This document shows, piece after piece, positions 12,885 to 25,077 of a DNA stretch of 64,000 nt. This DNA is from Callorhinchus milii (Eukaryota), in the NCBI RefSeq assembly GCF_018977255.1, contig NW_024704743.1, forward strand, positions 100,814,001-100,878,000, in the 5' to 3' direction. Each line of letters opens with the position of its first letter. Within the stretch, counting starts at the first letter, position 1. The position numbers and the translations under genes are program-made. Below the pieces are notes generated by a model. The model ran no database searches and had not been told where the DNA came from. It worked only from the letters and a program-made list of their open reading frames with translations.

Positions 12885-13004
12885 GGTTGAAAGTTATTCT
12901 GAAAATGGATCCATTACAAAAAATGTCAATTTACAACAGCTTTTGTGCAAACATGAATATTTTATTCACAAGACTGGTTTGGACGAACAAGATCTTTGGC
13001 TCAT

Positions 13005-13335
13005 CAGATATTATCCCTCCAGCATATCCACCCTACCATCTTCCCATCACAACATCAAGCTGCTTATAAAATGAATTCTGTCTCCTGGCCTCAACTACTG
13101 TCCTTGTTGACCTGGTCCAGTTGTTGATTATCCACTGAGTAAAGAACAATTTTTTGGTGTCCATCCTGAAATTGCCCTTTGGAATTCTAAACCTCTGTCC
13201 CCATGTTCTACTGTCTTGATGCATCCTGAAGTATTTTTCTGGGTTCACTTTTTGAATCCCTTTTACAATCTAATGCACCTCTATAGGGTCCACTGTGACA
13301 CATCATGTCTTAAGGCTGAAGAGCCCAAGCTTGTA
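13005..13335 (-). mobile_element. CR1 LINE 3' fragment
   Basis: ORF 13033-13248 (RTWGQRFRI.K..FR.D..K.FFTQ.IIN.W) resembles the CR1 ORF2 C-terminus. Confidence 0.7.
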
Positions 13336-13589
13336 TTTTGAATGATAACACTGGGGAAAATGGGCAAAGCCCTTCACAAAATCTCTCTACTACTGAGAAA
13401 TAGCGGAGCACACTGGTGCTCCTCTGAACTGAGCACATTAATGGGGAAGATGACAGTCCTAATTGGCATGAAGTCACTGAAATCACTGACCTCACTGTGC
13501 TATTTGAGGAACTGCTCAGTAGATTCAGTGTTTCCCTACAGCAAGACAGGAGTTGGGAATTGGTTTTGCTGAAAGTGGAAGTCAGGTTC

Positions 13590-13910
13590 TCCTCTAGTGG
13601 CTCAGTGAGTCCATCACCCAGTGCAGGACTAGGCCAATAAAACAAGAAGTTTGCAGATTCAAATCCCACCTAGCGCTGAGTTAGTTGATCTTAGCCAGGC
13701 CGAAGATAAGCTATAAATGACCTTAGTGTTCCTGGGTAAGGAAAACAAACAAAATAAATCAGCCAGGTTCCTCTTCCCAATGATTATCCAGAGACCCTTG
13801 CTAGGTGGGTTCAGATATCAGTTGAAAATGGGAACAAGCTCAACTGTGATGTTGAATAGATTGTCAACACTTACTATCAAGCCACACAAATGAACAAAAG
13901 TATGGGTGGG
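13590..13910 (+). mobile_element. Old tRNA-head SINE (second family)
   Basis: GTGGCTCAGTG A-box, TTCAAATC B-box-like, GCTGAGTTAGTTGATCT; homologous to 290-610 and 18725-19250. Confidence 0.55.
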
Positions 13911-13963
13911 GGGAGGGAGAATTACTTGGGGCACTTTGAACTGCACCCTAGTGGAGAATAAAG

Positions 13964-14258
13964 TAATAATAATAATCCTTGATGCAGCTCCTAATGTCGT
14001 CAAGATGTCTTAAAGCTCTTCACAGGATTTACTGTAAAGTGTGTATTTTGTGGGCGAACACGGCAGCCAGTTATGCACAGCAATGCCCCACAAACAGCTA
14101 TGGAGTCAGTGACCAATTTTATTTGTGGGCTTGTTAGCCAGAACATGGGGAGAAACTACCTTACGTTTTTGAATAGTGCAAGGGGATCTTTATCGTCCAC
14201 CTAAACAGGACCTCAGTTCTACATCTCATCCAAAGGACGGCACGTCCGACAATGCAAC
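13964..14258 (-). mobile_element. Old DeuSINE-type element
   Basis: Deu core (AATAGTGC..GGGATCTTT..GTCCACCT...CATCTCATCCAAAGGACGGCAC) plus (ATT)n tail. Confidence 0.75.
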
Positions 14259-15443
14259 ACACCAACACCAAAAACAAAGTAAAAAAAGATAATTTTTAAA
14301 AAAAAAACTGAACCTAAGTTGCGAGTCTCACTTTCATTTGCTGCAATGAGCGCTGACAATGGCCTGGGAGCAAGCCAGCTGCCATCCCTTGGGGAAATGG
14401 TGCAGAGATCTCAAAAGGTGCAAAGGCAGGTGAAGATGTATTAAAAAGTCGACCTCGAATCTCGGTGTGAACACAACTTATAACACAATTCTTTCATGAT
14501 TCCATTGTTATGGTGAAAGTCAATTCCCACTGCTTCGGCAGCAGAAAAAATAGTGTAAACTTCCAAGTCAGTTAGCCTACAATCTACTTTGAAGTACAGT
14601 AAGAGATATGCTGACACAGATAATCACAAAAGACTCATTTTGAACTCAAATTTCTATGAACTTATTCCAATGAGAGTTCTTTGAATTTAGCAGAATATTA
14701 AATCGAAGCATAGGAAAAGGGAATGCAACAAAGATATTTTCTGGCAGTCACCAAAGACCCATTGCAGATTTTCTGTTAAAAAGACAAATTTATAGTATTG
14801 GGCTTGTGCCTTGTATGGCATTCTGAAGAAATATTCCACAATATTCATCCCACTGGTCCCTGAAAAAACACCCAGCTCCATCTCATCTCAAACAAAATGC
14901 ATATTCACTCTCCGTAAATCCTGTGAAGCATACCAAGGAATTCTCCTGACATGAGAGGCTCTATATCAGATGCAAGAATTATTCATTGCTATTGTTAAAC
15001 ACTTTAGGGACTTATTTTAAAATGTAAACACAGTTAGATTGACAATAAACCGGTGGTCAAATCAGGAGGCAAAATGCCAAATCAGTAGCAGCTCCTTATA
15101 GAGCCGAGTAAAGGAAATATTCACTCCCAGAGGGCAACAGTGACTGGGAATAACTGAAGAGACATTCCCAGGATTCCAGAAAAGGTTACGAAATTTCGAT
15201 TCCAAGAAAGCAAAGATGCACAAGGAAAGAGAAAGGAACAATGTAGACAACTTTTAAAAATGTCACCAGTTTTTTTAGTTCTGGTCAGCAATGAGCATAA
15301 CTAAATTTGGGAGACCCAGAATTAGGGTGTCTGAGTGCAGCTGGTAAGATTTTAGATTGATGTTCCCTCTAATGGAGATTTCATAAAGGTATGTTAAATA
15401 TAAACATGGGAATGCACAACTTTAGGAAGCATTTGTGGATGCC

Positions 15444-16066
15444 AACAAGAACAACAACAACAACTTGGATTTATATAGCGTCCTCCACGCCGGACGGCGT
15501 CTCAGAGCGCTTCACAGTAACAGATCCCGGGACCGAGCCAGGGGGAGGGGGAGGAAGCTGACCAAAGGCGCAGTCGAAAAGAAAGGTCTTCAGCAGAGAC
15601 CTGAAAATAGGAAGGGAGGGAGCGAGGCGGAGGGAGTAAGGAAGGGAGTTACAGAGCATTGGAGCATAGTGGCTGAAGGCACGGCCGCCGAGGGTGGAGC
15701 GGAGGACTCGGGGGATGAGGAGGAGGCCAGACCCGGGGGATGAGGAGGAGGCCAGACCCGGAGGAACGACGGCAACGGGTACTGTTTTGAGGAGAGAGGT
15801 CAGAGAGGTAGGGGGGTTGCAGAGTGCAGGGACTTGAATACAAGGGTGAGGATCTTGAAATCGATCCTCTCTGGGACAGGCAGCCAGTGCAGTCTGGCAA
15901 GGACAGGGGTGATCGGGGAGCGGAGTTTCGTGCGGGTGAGAATGCGGGCGGCAGAGTTTTGAATGATTTGGATTTTATGGATGGTAGTGGATGGGAGACC
16001 GGCGAGGAGGGCATTAGAGTAGTCAAGCCGAGAGGTGACAAAGGCATGGACCAGAGTTTCAGCGGC
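15444..16066 (-). mobile_element. L2-clade LINE 3' fragment (second subfamily)
   Basis: [24 protein letters not shown]...QNSAARIL...[15 protein letters not shown]; (GTT)n tail; short internal tandem duplication at about 15712-15761. Confidence 0.92.
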
Positions 16067-16395
16067 AACTACTAAATATAGCAAGAGAGGACTTGAAACA
16101 TACTGAGTGAGGCCCCACATTCTCTTGAAATTTTTCTATCACTGTATATTTTATCCTAAACCACACATTCAGCCTTGAACCAAAGTCATGTGCCCAAGGC
16201 ATGTTACTGCTGTTTTACATTTCTTAAACATCTCCTGATTCTTTTGGTTCTATATGCATTTCCCATCCTCTCGTCCCCTCTCCCCCACCCCCCTGAAATG
16301 AAACTAAGAGCACCATTGGTTTCTAACTTAATATATATTTATTAGATTTAAAATGGCTGTTACAAGCACCAAGAAGAGAGAGATTTACTTTGAAT

Positions 16396-17048
16396 ATCAG
16401 AACCCACTGGAATCCATTCAACAATTTTGAGAAATGGCTTGGCTTGCCTTGGTTCCATCTGTCAGTTAGGATGTCTTATTGGTACTTCTAACAGCTAACA
16501 CAGGGACTCTTCTAGCAGTTGAGACATCTTTCAATCTATGCTGAATGCATCATTTGCTAGCTCAGACATATGCACCATTCCTTGACAAAAATGTACAGAA
16601 AAAAATGAGGTTATGGTTGCCTGTACTGCACTCCAACAGAACATTGTAATTCACTTACAACACCACCCAGTGAATAATTATGCAGAAGTCTCCAATAATC
16701 ATCATCATAGTAATGCTTGTATTCGATATAGCACTTTACGTCTTCAAAGCATCTCAAGGCGCTTCACAACATAGTCAAGTAACTGTATATTTGTAGGTGA
16801 ACGGATGGCAATAGGACATCACAAAGCTTCAAATAATTTTTAAATCAATGATAGTAATATATTGCAAACAGGTGGGGGAGGGGGGGCGGGGAGTGTTAGA
16901 TACTCGATTTCACAAGATCACAATAGATGAAGAAGGCCACTCGGCAACAGCTATTAGATGTACTAATAAGACGTCCTAACTTACTGATGGAACCAAGACA
17001 AGCCAAGTCATCTCAAAATTCTTGAGTGGATTCGACCCATTTTCTGAT
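16396..17048. repeat. Long inverted repeat, about 100-bp arms
   Basis: 16396-16496 is the approximate reverse complement of 16949-17048. Confidence 0.85.
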
Positions 17049-17452
17049 TGATCTCATCATTCTGGAATACAAATCCCAGTATCTTCCCATTACAGCATCA
17101 CAAACAATTTCTTGAATGAGTCTTTAGCCAGCCATCCTTCTTGGTAACATGTTCTTGGTTTAATACCCTTTAGTCCATTGTTAATTCACATCCATATCTC
17201 CTTCACTGTAAAGGAGTCTCTTCAAAACAGCTAGTATTTATTATTTTTAAAGTACTCTTTCATTTTTCTTCAAAGGATTGATTTGGTTTGATTAGCTTTG
17301 CAATTACTGAGTCGGCTGGGATGTCCAGAAGGACATTTCCATTTTCCAAAAGGAAAGTGTGAGCCCCGGTTCCCACATACTGAACTTCCACAAAGGCTCA
17401 CACAAATGGAGCCCTCTTCAGTAAAAGTAAAAGTAGGAAAACAATGAATTAA

Positions 17453-17672
17453 GAATAATAATAATCCTTGTATCTGATATAGCTCCTCATCACGTCTTTG
17501 AGACATTTCCAAGCACTTCACAGAATATACTGTAAAGTGAATTGATTTTATATTCGCCCATAAAATACATCTAATTCACTTTACAGTATATTACGTGAAG
17601 CACTTTGAGATATCTTGAAGACGTGATAAGGCTCTATATCAAATGCAAGGATTATTATTATTACTATTATTA
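17453..17672. mobile_element. Two inverted SINE 3' halves joined head-to-head
   Basis: Minus-strand tail 17453-17555 directly abuts plus-strand tail 17556-17672. Confidence 0.85.
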
Positions 17673-18724
17673 TATGAAATTACTTTAGTCAAAAAAGTTA
17701 TGGATTTCCTTAAAGTATAAACAGTTGTAAAAAGTTTGATAATATAAATAGCCCTTAGCCTTAATAGTCTGATCTACAGAAGGCCATTTTGAAAATGAGA
17801 AATATGCAATACTCAAAATATCTAACAATTGTTTTCTAACTAATATGCGTGTTATTACTCCGAACTTAAGTTAAAATTGCTTTTGTCACTCAAACAACTC
17901 ACCCACATTTTAATTTAAAAAGAAAGTCACCTTAATAGCATAGAATACTGAAATCAACCAGCTTTTGGTAGCGTGCCATTTGGATGGGATGATCTTGACT
18001 GTATCCAAGTAGTTACAATATAAGAATTGTGTTTTACATCACTGCAATAATTCAGTAGCTCTATTGCACATGACCTGAGGACGTTGCTATTAATGAGCAT
18101 GTGATATGCAGTAATAAGCAGAAGTAGATTTCCCCTCTGCAGTGCATATTTATTATCAGGGCAAAAATCTCTCAGAACACGATTACAAAATCCTTGGCAT
18201 CATTACAAGTTAGCAGTACTTCTTTAAAGATCAGTGTTTGGACATACTTACTTCTCCATAACAGGAAGCCAAATGGAGCAAAGCAACAACTGCAGCACTG
18301 AAACACTCAACAATCACAGCTGACCTAGTAGCAACACATTCTTTCAATGCTGAAAGGTAGATCCCTGGAGTTCTGGTTTTACTAAAATGAGCAAACCGCA
18401 TAGTGCGGTATGAGTAATATTGTTACTACTTCCACAGATGGATTCCTTTATTCAATCCCCATCTGTATTCAGTTATGTTTTCCATATTCAAGTCACAACG
18501 GGTAAAACATAAAATAGTTCAGTCTGACAAATGATGAAGCTACACTTTCCTTTAAGCATCTGTAAAATGCATCTTCTTGCTGGCAAGTTAACAGACTTCT
18601 AAAGAAACAAAGCTAAGGAAACTCTAGCTTTGCTTTTTCCATGGGCCTTGTGTTGACCTACTTAAGTATTCAAGTGAGAGACAAAGGAGTGTGCATCAAA
18701 TCTTTATTCCTAGCCTATTTTCTC

Positions 18725-19250
18725 CAACCAATTTTCTCTCCCCTCGCTCGTCTCCTGAAGATGTTTTGACTTTTTCCTTTACTGGGGTTTAGCAGATACC
18801 ATTCACTCTCCTGCAGCTCACCGAACTGGCCATTTAGGTGTGAGCCTTCATGGCGACTCTCGGCAGGCTGTTCAACCACCAGTCATCACTGGTGAGCTGA
18901 TTCTAATATTATCCAACATTCACCTGCAAAATACACAGTCACTACACTTAATAGTGAATACAATGAAGGCTTTGAGACATCCTTCTAACATTGTGAAAGG
19001 CATTACTGTATAGCAAAATAATTAATAGTAGTAGCACTAATATTCACTCACCTAACTTTCAGCAGGAGTCCTGAATATCAAACAGTAACAGGAACGCTAG
19101 TCCCTCCTGAACCCTGGACATGGAAGTTAATTATAGCTCTATCCTTCCCTTCTCCACCAAGCACTGATCTAATTAATGTCTTGGGTGGTATAGCTACTGA
19201 GCACTGATCTATTCAAATCTTGGATCTTCCTAGACTGGACTGTATGAATC
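18725..19250 (-). mobile_element. Old SINE (second family) interrupted by a SINE tail at about 18925-19030
   Basis: Reverse-complement similarity to 13590-13910 and 290-610. Confidence 0.5.
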
Positions 19251-20334
19251 AGTTATTCACTGAACCTTTGGGTGTCCTCCCAATGGGGCACTGGCTTCAT
19301 GAGGACAGTGGCAAACGAGGGGAAAAAAACTCTATGGATTAACCTCACCATGATGGCACTCAAGAATGATGTTTTTAACCTGATTTCTGTGACTGAGTTT
19401 CGTTGTCGTGAACAATATGTCAGAAGCTTCAATGAAGAATGGGCTCCTGTCATTTTTGTAACATAGGCATTACTCTCCTGACTCATGCCTCAGCTGGTCT
19501 GATCATCCCAGTTCAGACTAGCAGAGGCATTTATAAAACTGGCAAATAGGTCACAAGGCAGCAATTATTGGAACTTAGGAACAAGAGTTAGGTATTTCAG
19601 CCCATCGAGCCAGCTACACCATTTCACTAGATTAAAGCAGCTCTATATATTTTTAAAAACCCATTTTCTGATTCTCTCTCAGTATCCCTCAACAGTAACA
19701 AAGCTATAAAGCGCAGGTACTCTACACAGAGAAACTCAGATAGCTAACATTTAATTTCTGTACTAAATACCTGCACGCAGTGCAGTTAGTGCCTGATGTA
19801 GCAGAAAACCAAATTAAAAAGGATCTGCATTTCCTTCCATGCATTACACTTCAGCATACATTTCCTCTGAACTGACAACACCTGATCCTAGCTGCAGTCA
19901 TAGAACAGAAAGCACAATTTACATATGACTATGTAACACAGGGGGAAAAAAATCAAGATTAAAGAGCATGCAAGCAGCACATCCCTACTTTTATGTTCAG
20001 ATGCCGTCCAGGAGTTCCAGGCTTTACTTCCTTTGCAAAATTTACACCAAATTATTTTTCAACTCTTTGGATTTGCACTTGGCCCCATATCATTTTCGAG
20101 GGCCTCATCTGAAATGGCGCGACCAATTGCTGTTATGGGAATTAAACCGGTTACTATTTTTATACATTGCATAACCTGGCAATTCTGCACTGCTACACAG
20201 CAGATTGAAAGAAATGGAGCAAGCTGTAACTAGATGAACTCAAGATAACCAATGTCAATTTGCAAAAGAGAAATTCCATGCCTGCACATCATGCACAGAA
20301 GATTTTCGTTTAATGGCTAAACCCACATTTATAC

Positions 20335-20619
20335 TAATAATCCTTGCATTTGATATAGCGCTTTTCACGTCTTCTCAATGTCTCAAAGCGCTTCACAGAA
20401 TATGCTGTAAAGTGAATTGACCGTATATTTGTGGGCGAAACGTGGCAGCCAATTGCGCACAGCAGTGTCCCACAAACAGTTGTGGATTGAAAATGACCAA
20501 TTTATTATTGTTTTGCTTTGGAGGGATTAACTTGCCCAAGGTTTCGCCCTGTCTGGAATTGAACCCAGGTGTCTCGCTTGCAAGGCGAGTGCTCTAACCA
20601 CTGAGCTACAGGACTCCAC
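20335..20619 (-). mobile_element. tRNA-Ala SINE, short form
   Basis: Full head and tail, with an extra small internal deletion. Confidence 0.9.
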
Positions 20620-20945
20620 AACATTTGTTAAGTGAAATTAATACGTATAGCTCTCCACTTATACCTCAAACCCCATTTTGGGAGAGCGAGAGGATATTCA
20701 AGAACAGAAGCTTACATAGATTTACATAGAATGATATGGCATGGAAACAAGCCGCTCATCCTAATGAGTTTGTATTGATGTTTATATTCCACATGCGCCT
20801 CCATTCCTCTTATTCACCCTCTATTGCCTTTTCCCTAAGTTTTCTCTTAAATACAAATATTGCGCTTTAATCACAGCTTCCGGCAGTGAGTCACTACCCT
20901 CTGCATGAACATGTTCCTCCTAACGGTTCTATTAGATCTACTATT

Positions 20946-21497
20946 GTGAGTCCTGTCGCTTTGAGCACTCGCCTCACAAATGAGTGGACCTGGGTTTAAT
21001 TCCTGGCAGGACAAAATGTTCATAGAATCATAGAATCGTACAGCACAAAAAGAGGCCATTCGGCAAATTGAGTTTGTGCCGGCTCTTTGAATAGAGCAAC
21101 TAATGTCAATCCCACTCCCCAGCCTCTTCCCCATAACCCTGCAAACCCGTCCTCTTCAAATACCCGTCCACCGCGTTTTTAAAAGTAGTTATCGAGCAAG
21201 TTTCCTTACTCCACATGTTTCTATTCACCTAGCAGTAAGTAGGAACACAGTTGTTAGTCAATTGGCAGATCGCTTTTCTGGGCGTAATAAAAATAAATAA
21301 TTAAAAAGTAATAATAATTTGGTCACTTAATCCATGACTGTTTGTGGGGCATCTGCTGTGTGCAATTGGCTGCTGCATTTTGTCCACAAAATATACAATC
21401 AATTTCACAGTATATTCTATGAAGCACTTTGAGACGTCTCAAAGACGTGATAAGGCGCTATATCAAATGCAAGGATTATTATTACTATTACTACTAC
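20946..21497 (+). mobile_element. tRNA-Ala SINE, long form, interrupted by a CR1 tail
   Basis: Head ends ...AAATGTT at 21020 and resumes GAGCAAGTTTCC at 21194. Confidence 0.85.
21021..21193 (-). mobile_element. CR1 3' tail nested in a SINE
   Basis: CATAGAATCATAGAATC...GAGGCCATTCGGC, a typical CR1 3' UTR in reverse. Confidence 0.8.
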
Positions 21498-22243
21498 TGG
21501 CTATTTTACCTATATGCCCCCTTGGTTTGGACTCCGACAAGTGGAAACAGCCGATCAACAGTCACCTTATCAAATCTGTTTGTGTTCTTAACCTCAATCG
21601 TCTCAACCCTAGAGAGGAAAGCTTCAATCGGTCTAATCTTTCTTGATATCCACTCATCTCTAGTATTATCTTTGCAAATCTACACTGCACTCTATCCAGT
21701 GCAACAATATCTCTCCTGTAATATGGCAATCAGAACTGTACCTAATACTACAGATCAGTGCCACCAGATACAAATAAATTCCAAATCAATTTAACATTAC
21801 TCTCCTACATTTATACAGTACTCCACTGGACATAAAGCCCAGAACACTATTCCCCAGCGTTGAATAAACAGCCAAGACTCTCATCACAACTCACATGATG
21901 AATGCCTGCTTGAGGGTAAATCAGTGCCAATCGAAAAGTACCTAGTCATCAAAAGATAAATCAGGCATGAAAGAGGGAAATTGCACCAGTTGGCAAAGAT
22001 TTTTTTTCAAAAAAGTATTTGATCAGTGAAAGAAATACAAAACAATTGTGAAACCTGACAGCCTATATGTGAAAAAGTTGTTGTCCTTGAGATAAGGAAG
22101 GGCCTTTGCATTGTTTGCCACTTTAAGGTGCAACTGTAGATGTGAGGAATTTCATATCCACAAAGCAGTAGTACCCTCCACAGCCATACCCCTCCCTATC
22201 TCTGTGACCTACTAACCCCATGTCAACCTATCCACTTCTCCGC

Positions 22244-22562
22244 TCAGCAGGTTTTGATCTGCTCCACATCCCCCACCCGATCCGCCCTACTATCGGCAGT
22301 TGGGGCTTCAGCTTCTTGACCCTCACCTTTTGGGACTCTATCCCACAGTCCCTTTGCCTTGCTCCCTCCCTTGCCTCCTTCAAAGTACGTCTCTAGACCC
22401 TCCTTTTTAACAACGCATTCGGCCAGCGTGCTCGCCCTACCCTCCCTGCTCTCCACCCCATTGATCCCAGCCTGCTGCTCGTGTCCAAATCCCTGACTAT
22501 CCAGCATATTGGGACAGCCTCCTGATGTGAATGGCGCTGTATAAATCTAATTTGTTGTTGTT
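22244..22562 (+). mobile_element. L2 LINE 3' fragment
   Basis: Homologous to 41830-42118; ends in (GTT)n. Confidence 0.75.
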
Positions 22563-23595
22563 CTATTATGTCCCTCATACTCAATGATAACATCGCCAAC
22601 AATTAAGGGAGCACAAGTTCACGACAGATTGGTACATTGATGACTCTGCAGGTCAACACGTGAGAGATATTCTGCTGTGACAGACATCCACACAACCACC
22701 AGGGCAAACCAGTACGTACACCAATATACTTTAATTTCTATTTTTATTTTCTGCAATTTAAAACTTCCCTGAAGGAACAGTCAAGCAATCAGAGTCTACT
22801 CCAATTTTCAACAAAACCATTCACAGTGAAATTAGCCCTGAAGTGCAACTCAAGGAGGTTTCTCTGCTAATTTGCCTTCAAGCTGCTGCATCCCCAAAAT
22901 GGACTGCAGGCATTGTTGAGCACTTCAATGTGGACTCTTTTCAGGCCTTTCTAAAAGTAAACAGTCTGCACGTCACTTTAATAGATTGCACTAATATAAA
23001 AAGCTATTTTACGCTGCTGCAAACAAGAGGCCTTCACAACTCTACAATACAAAGTTCCCACCCACACAGCTTGGGGGAGGAAACAAAGAGTAGTCAGTGT
23101 ATTTAACCTCTTTCACTTCTGTGTGGTAATTGGAGTATTATGGATGAACTGATAGACAAAAGGTCATAGTCTAAAAAGGACACCAGACACTTGCACAGCA
23201 TTTCCTGCATAGGATGTTTTTGAGATGCATGGTCAGACATGGATGATTTTTTTCCGATGGGAAATTCAAGACTGATGAGAGAAAGTTCCATAAGATTTCA
23301 TTAAAGATTCATGGCTGCCAGAATGTTCATTAAGGAAAGAAACTCAATTTTCTGACAATACATAGCAGCACATTGAAAGTCTAATAATAAAAAAAATCCA
23401 GAAAAATGTAAACTAGTGAAATTATGAATTCCACCTCAAATGGACAGCAAGATATAACTCAACAAATAATGTTTTTCATGTAACGTACATCTTGAAGTAC
23501 TTCATAAAGACAAAAGAAAGCAGTGATGAGTGTGAAGTCGAAGGAGAATTTAAGGGTGGCAACTAAACACACAGTCAAAAAGATAGACTTCTCAC

Positions 23596-24275
23596 AATAA
23601 TAATCCCTGCATTTGATATAGCGCCTTATGTTTTCTAGACATGTCAAAGAGCTTCACAGAATATATTGTAAATAATAATAATAATCCTTGTATTTGATAT
23701 AGCGCTTTTCACGTCAGGAAGACGTCCCAAAGGGCTTCACAGAACACACTGTAAAGTGAATTGACTGTATATTTATGGGCGAACGCGGCAGCCAATTGCA
23801 CACAGCAATGTCCCACAAACAGTCATAGATTGAAAATGACCAATTTATTATTGTTTTTGTTTTGGAGTTATTATTATTAGGCGTGTGGAGTAAGGAAATT
23901 TGCCCAAGGTTTCGCCCTGCCTGGAATTGAACTCAGGTCTCTCGCTTGCAAAGCGAGTGCTCTAACCACTGAGCTACAGGACTCCACGTCCTGTAAAGTG
24001 AATTGACTATATTTTGCGGGCAAAATGTGGCAGCGAATTATCCACAGCAGTGTCCCAAACAGTCGTGGATTGAGTGACCAAATTATTATTAGTTTTTTTG
24101 AAGGAATTATTACCCCTGGAAAAGTGATCCGCCAATTGACTAACACCCGGGTTCCTACTTACAGATAAAAAGAGGCATGTGCAGTAAAGAAACTTGTCCA
24201 ATCTTTAGCCCTGCTGGGAATCAAACCCAGGTCCTCTCACTTGCGAGGGAATGCTAACCACTGAGCTACAGGACT
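23596..24275 (-). mobile_element. tRNA-Ala SINE, long form (host of a nested SINE)
   Basis: Tail at 23596-23672, remainder at 23991-24275. Confidence 0.85.
23673..23990 (-). mobile_element. tRNA-Ala SINE, young short form, nested
   Basis: Full copy flanked by duplicated TGTAAA (23667-23672 and 23992-23997). Confidence 0.9.
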
Positions 24276-24547
24276 TAAAGGGTTTGAACAGGAAGAGAAG
24301 GCTCATTTTTGGGACAGAGGGAGTGAGGAATGAGCAGTTCCCTCCTTCCCTCCCATCTTCAGAGATGTATCTTTTAAAGATCTCTGACTGAGCTTTCAGA
24401 CACCTTCCTTCTCACCCATTCCCCCAACAGCTCAGGCTCCCAGTCAGTTATGTGAAGTGATTTGAGACATCCTGTAGCTGTGAAAGACACTGTATAAATA
24501 GAAACTGTTGTTGCTGTAAACTAGAGTTGGAAGAGCAGACAATAAGA

Positions 24548-25077
24548 ATGTCAATTAATGGAGAAGTCTTCGTATTGTATAATGTCAAAAGGAAACACGT
24601 GGGTTCCTGAATTGCATTTACCCTGGGTTAGTGCACAGGATTTAACAAATTATAGACCTTTTTTTGTAGCTATTCCAACAATAAACAATACTTATACTTA
24701 TGCATAGCAGCATGGACTCAAAACATTAACATGGTTAATGTCATCCAACAAAGCATACAAAACTGCAGGGCAATGGCAGGGTAGATCAGAATTGAGCCAT
24801 TTTATAAATAAAATCTCTAAGCCCTTCTGCTGAGACATTTTTGAACCTTTTAAAGCTTAAGTAATAAGAATTACTGATCAAAACAAAAATCAGTTTGTAG
24901 CAACTGAAGTCAGATAGATCACACTGATTTCTTGCAATCACCTCCAAAAATAGTTTGTGAACCAGATTCTGATACAATACAATTCTGGCACATTATCAAG
25001 CAGGTAAGTGCAATTCAGGAACCCACGCGTTTCCTTTTGACATTATACAATACAAAGACTTCTCCATTAATTGACAT
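24548..25077. repeat. 75-bp inverted repeat with a 380-bp spacer
   Basis: 24548-24622 versus 25003-25077 match at 72 of 75 positions. Confidence 0.93.

Larger units (their letters stand above)
20712..21750 (-). mobile_element. Old CR1 3' fragment split by a SINE insertion
   Basis: CATAGA tail at 20715; CR1 sequence is colinear on both sides of 20946-21497. Confidence 0.7.
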
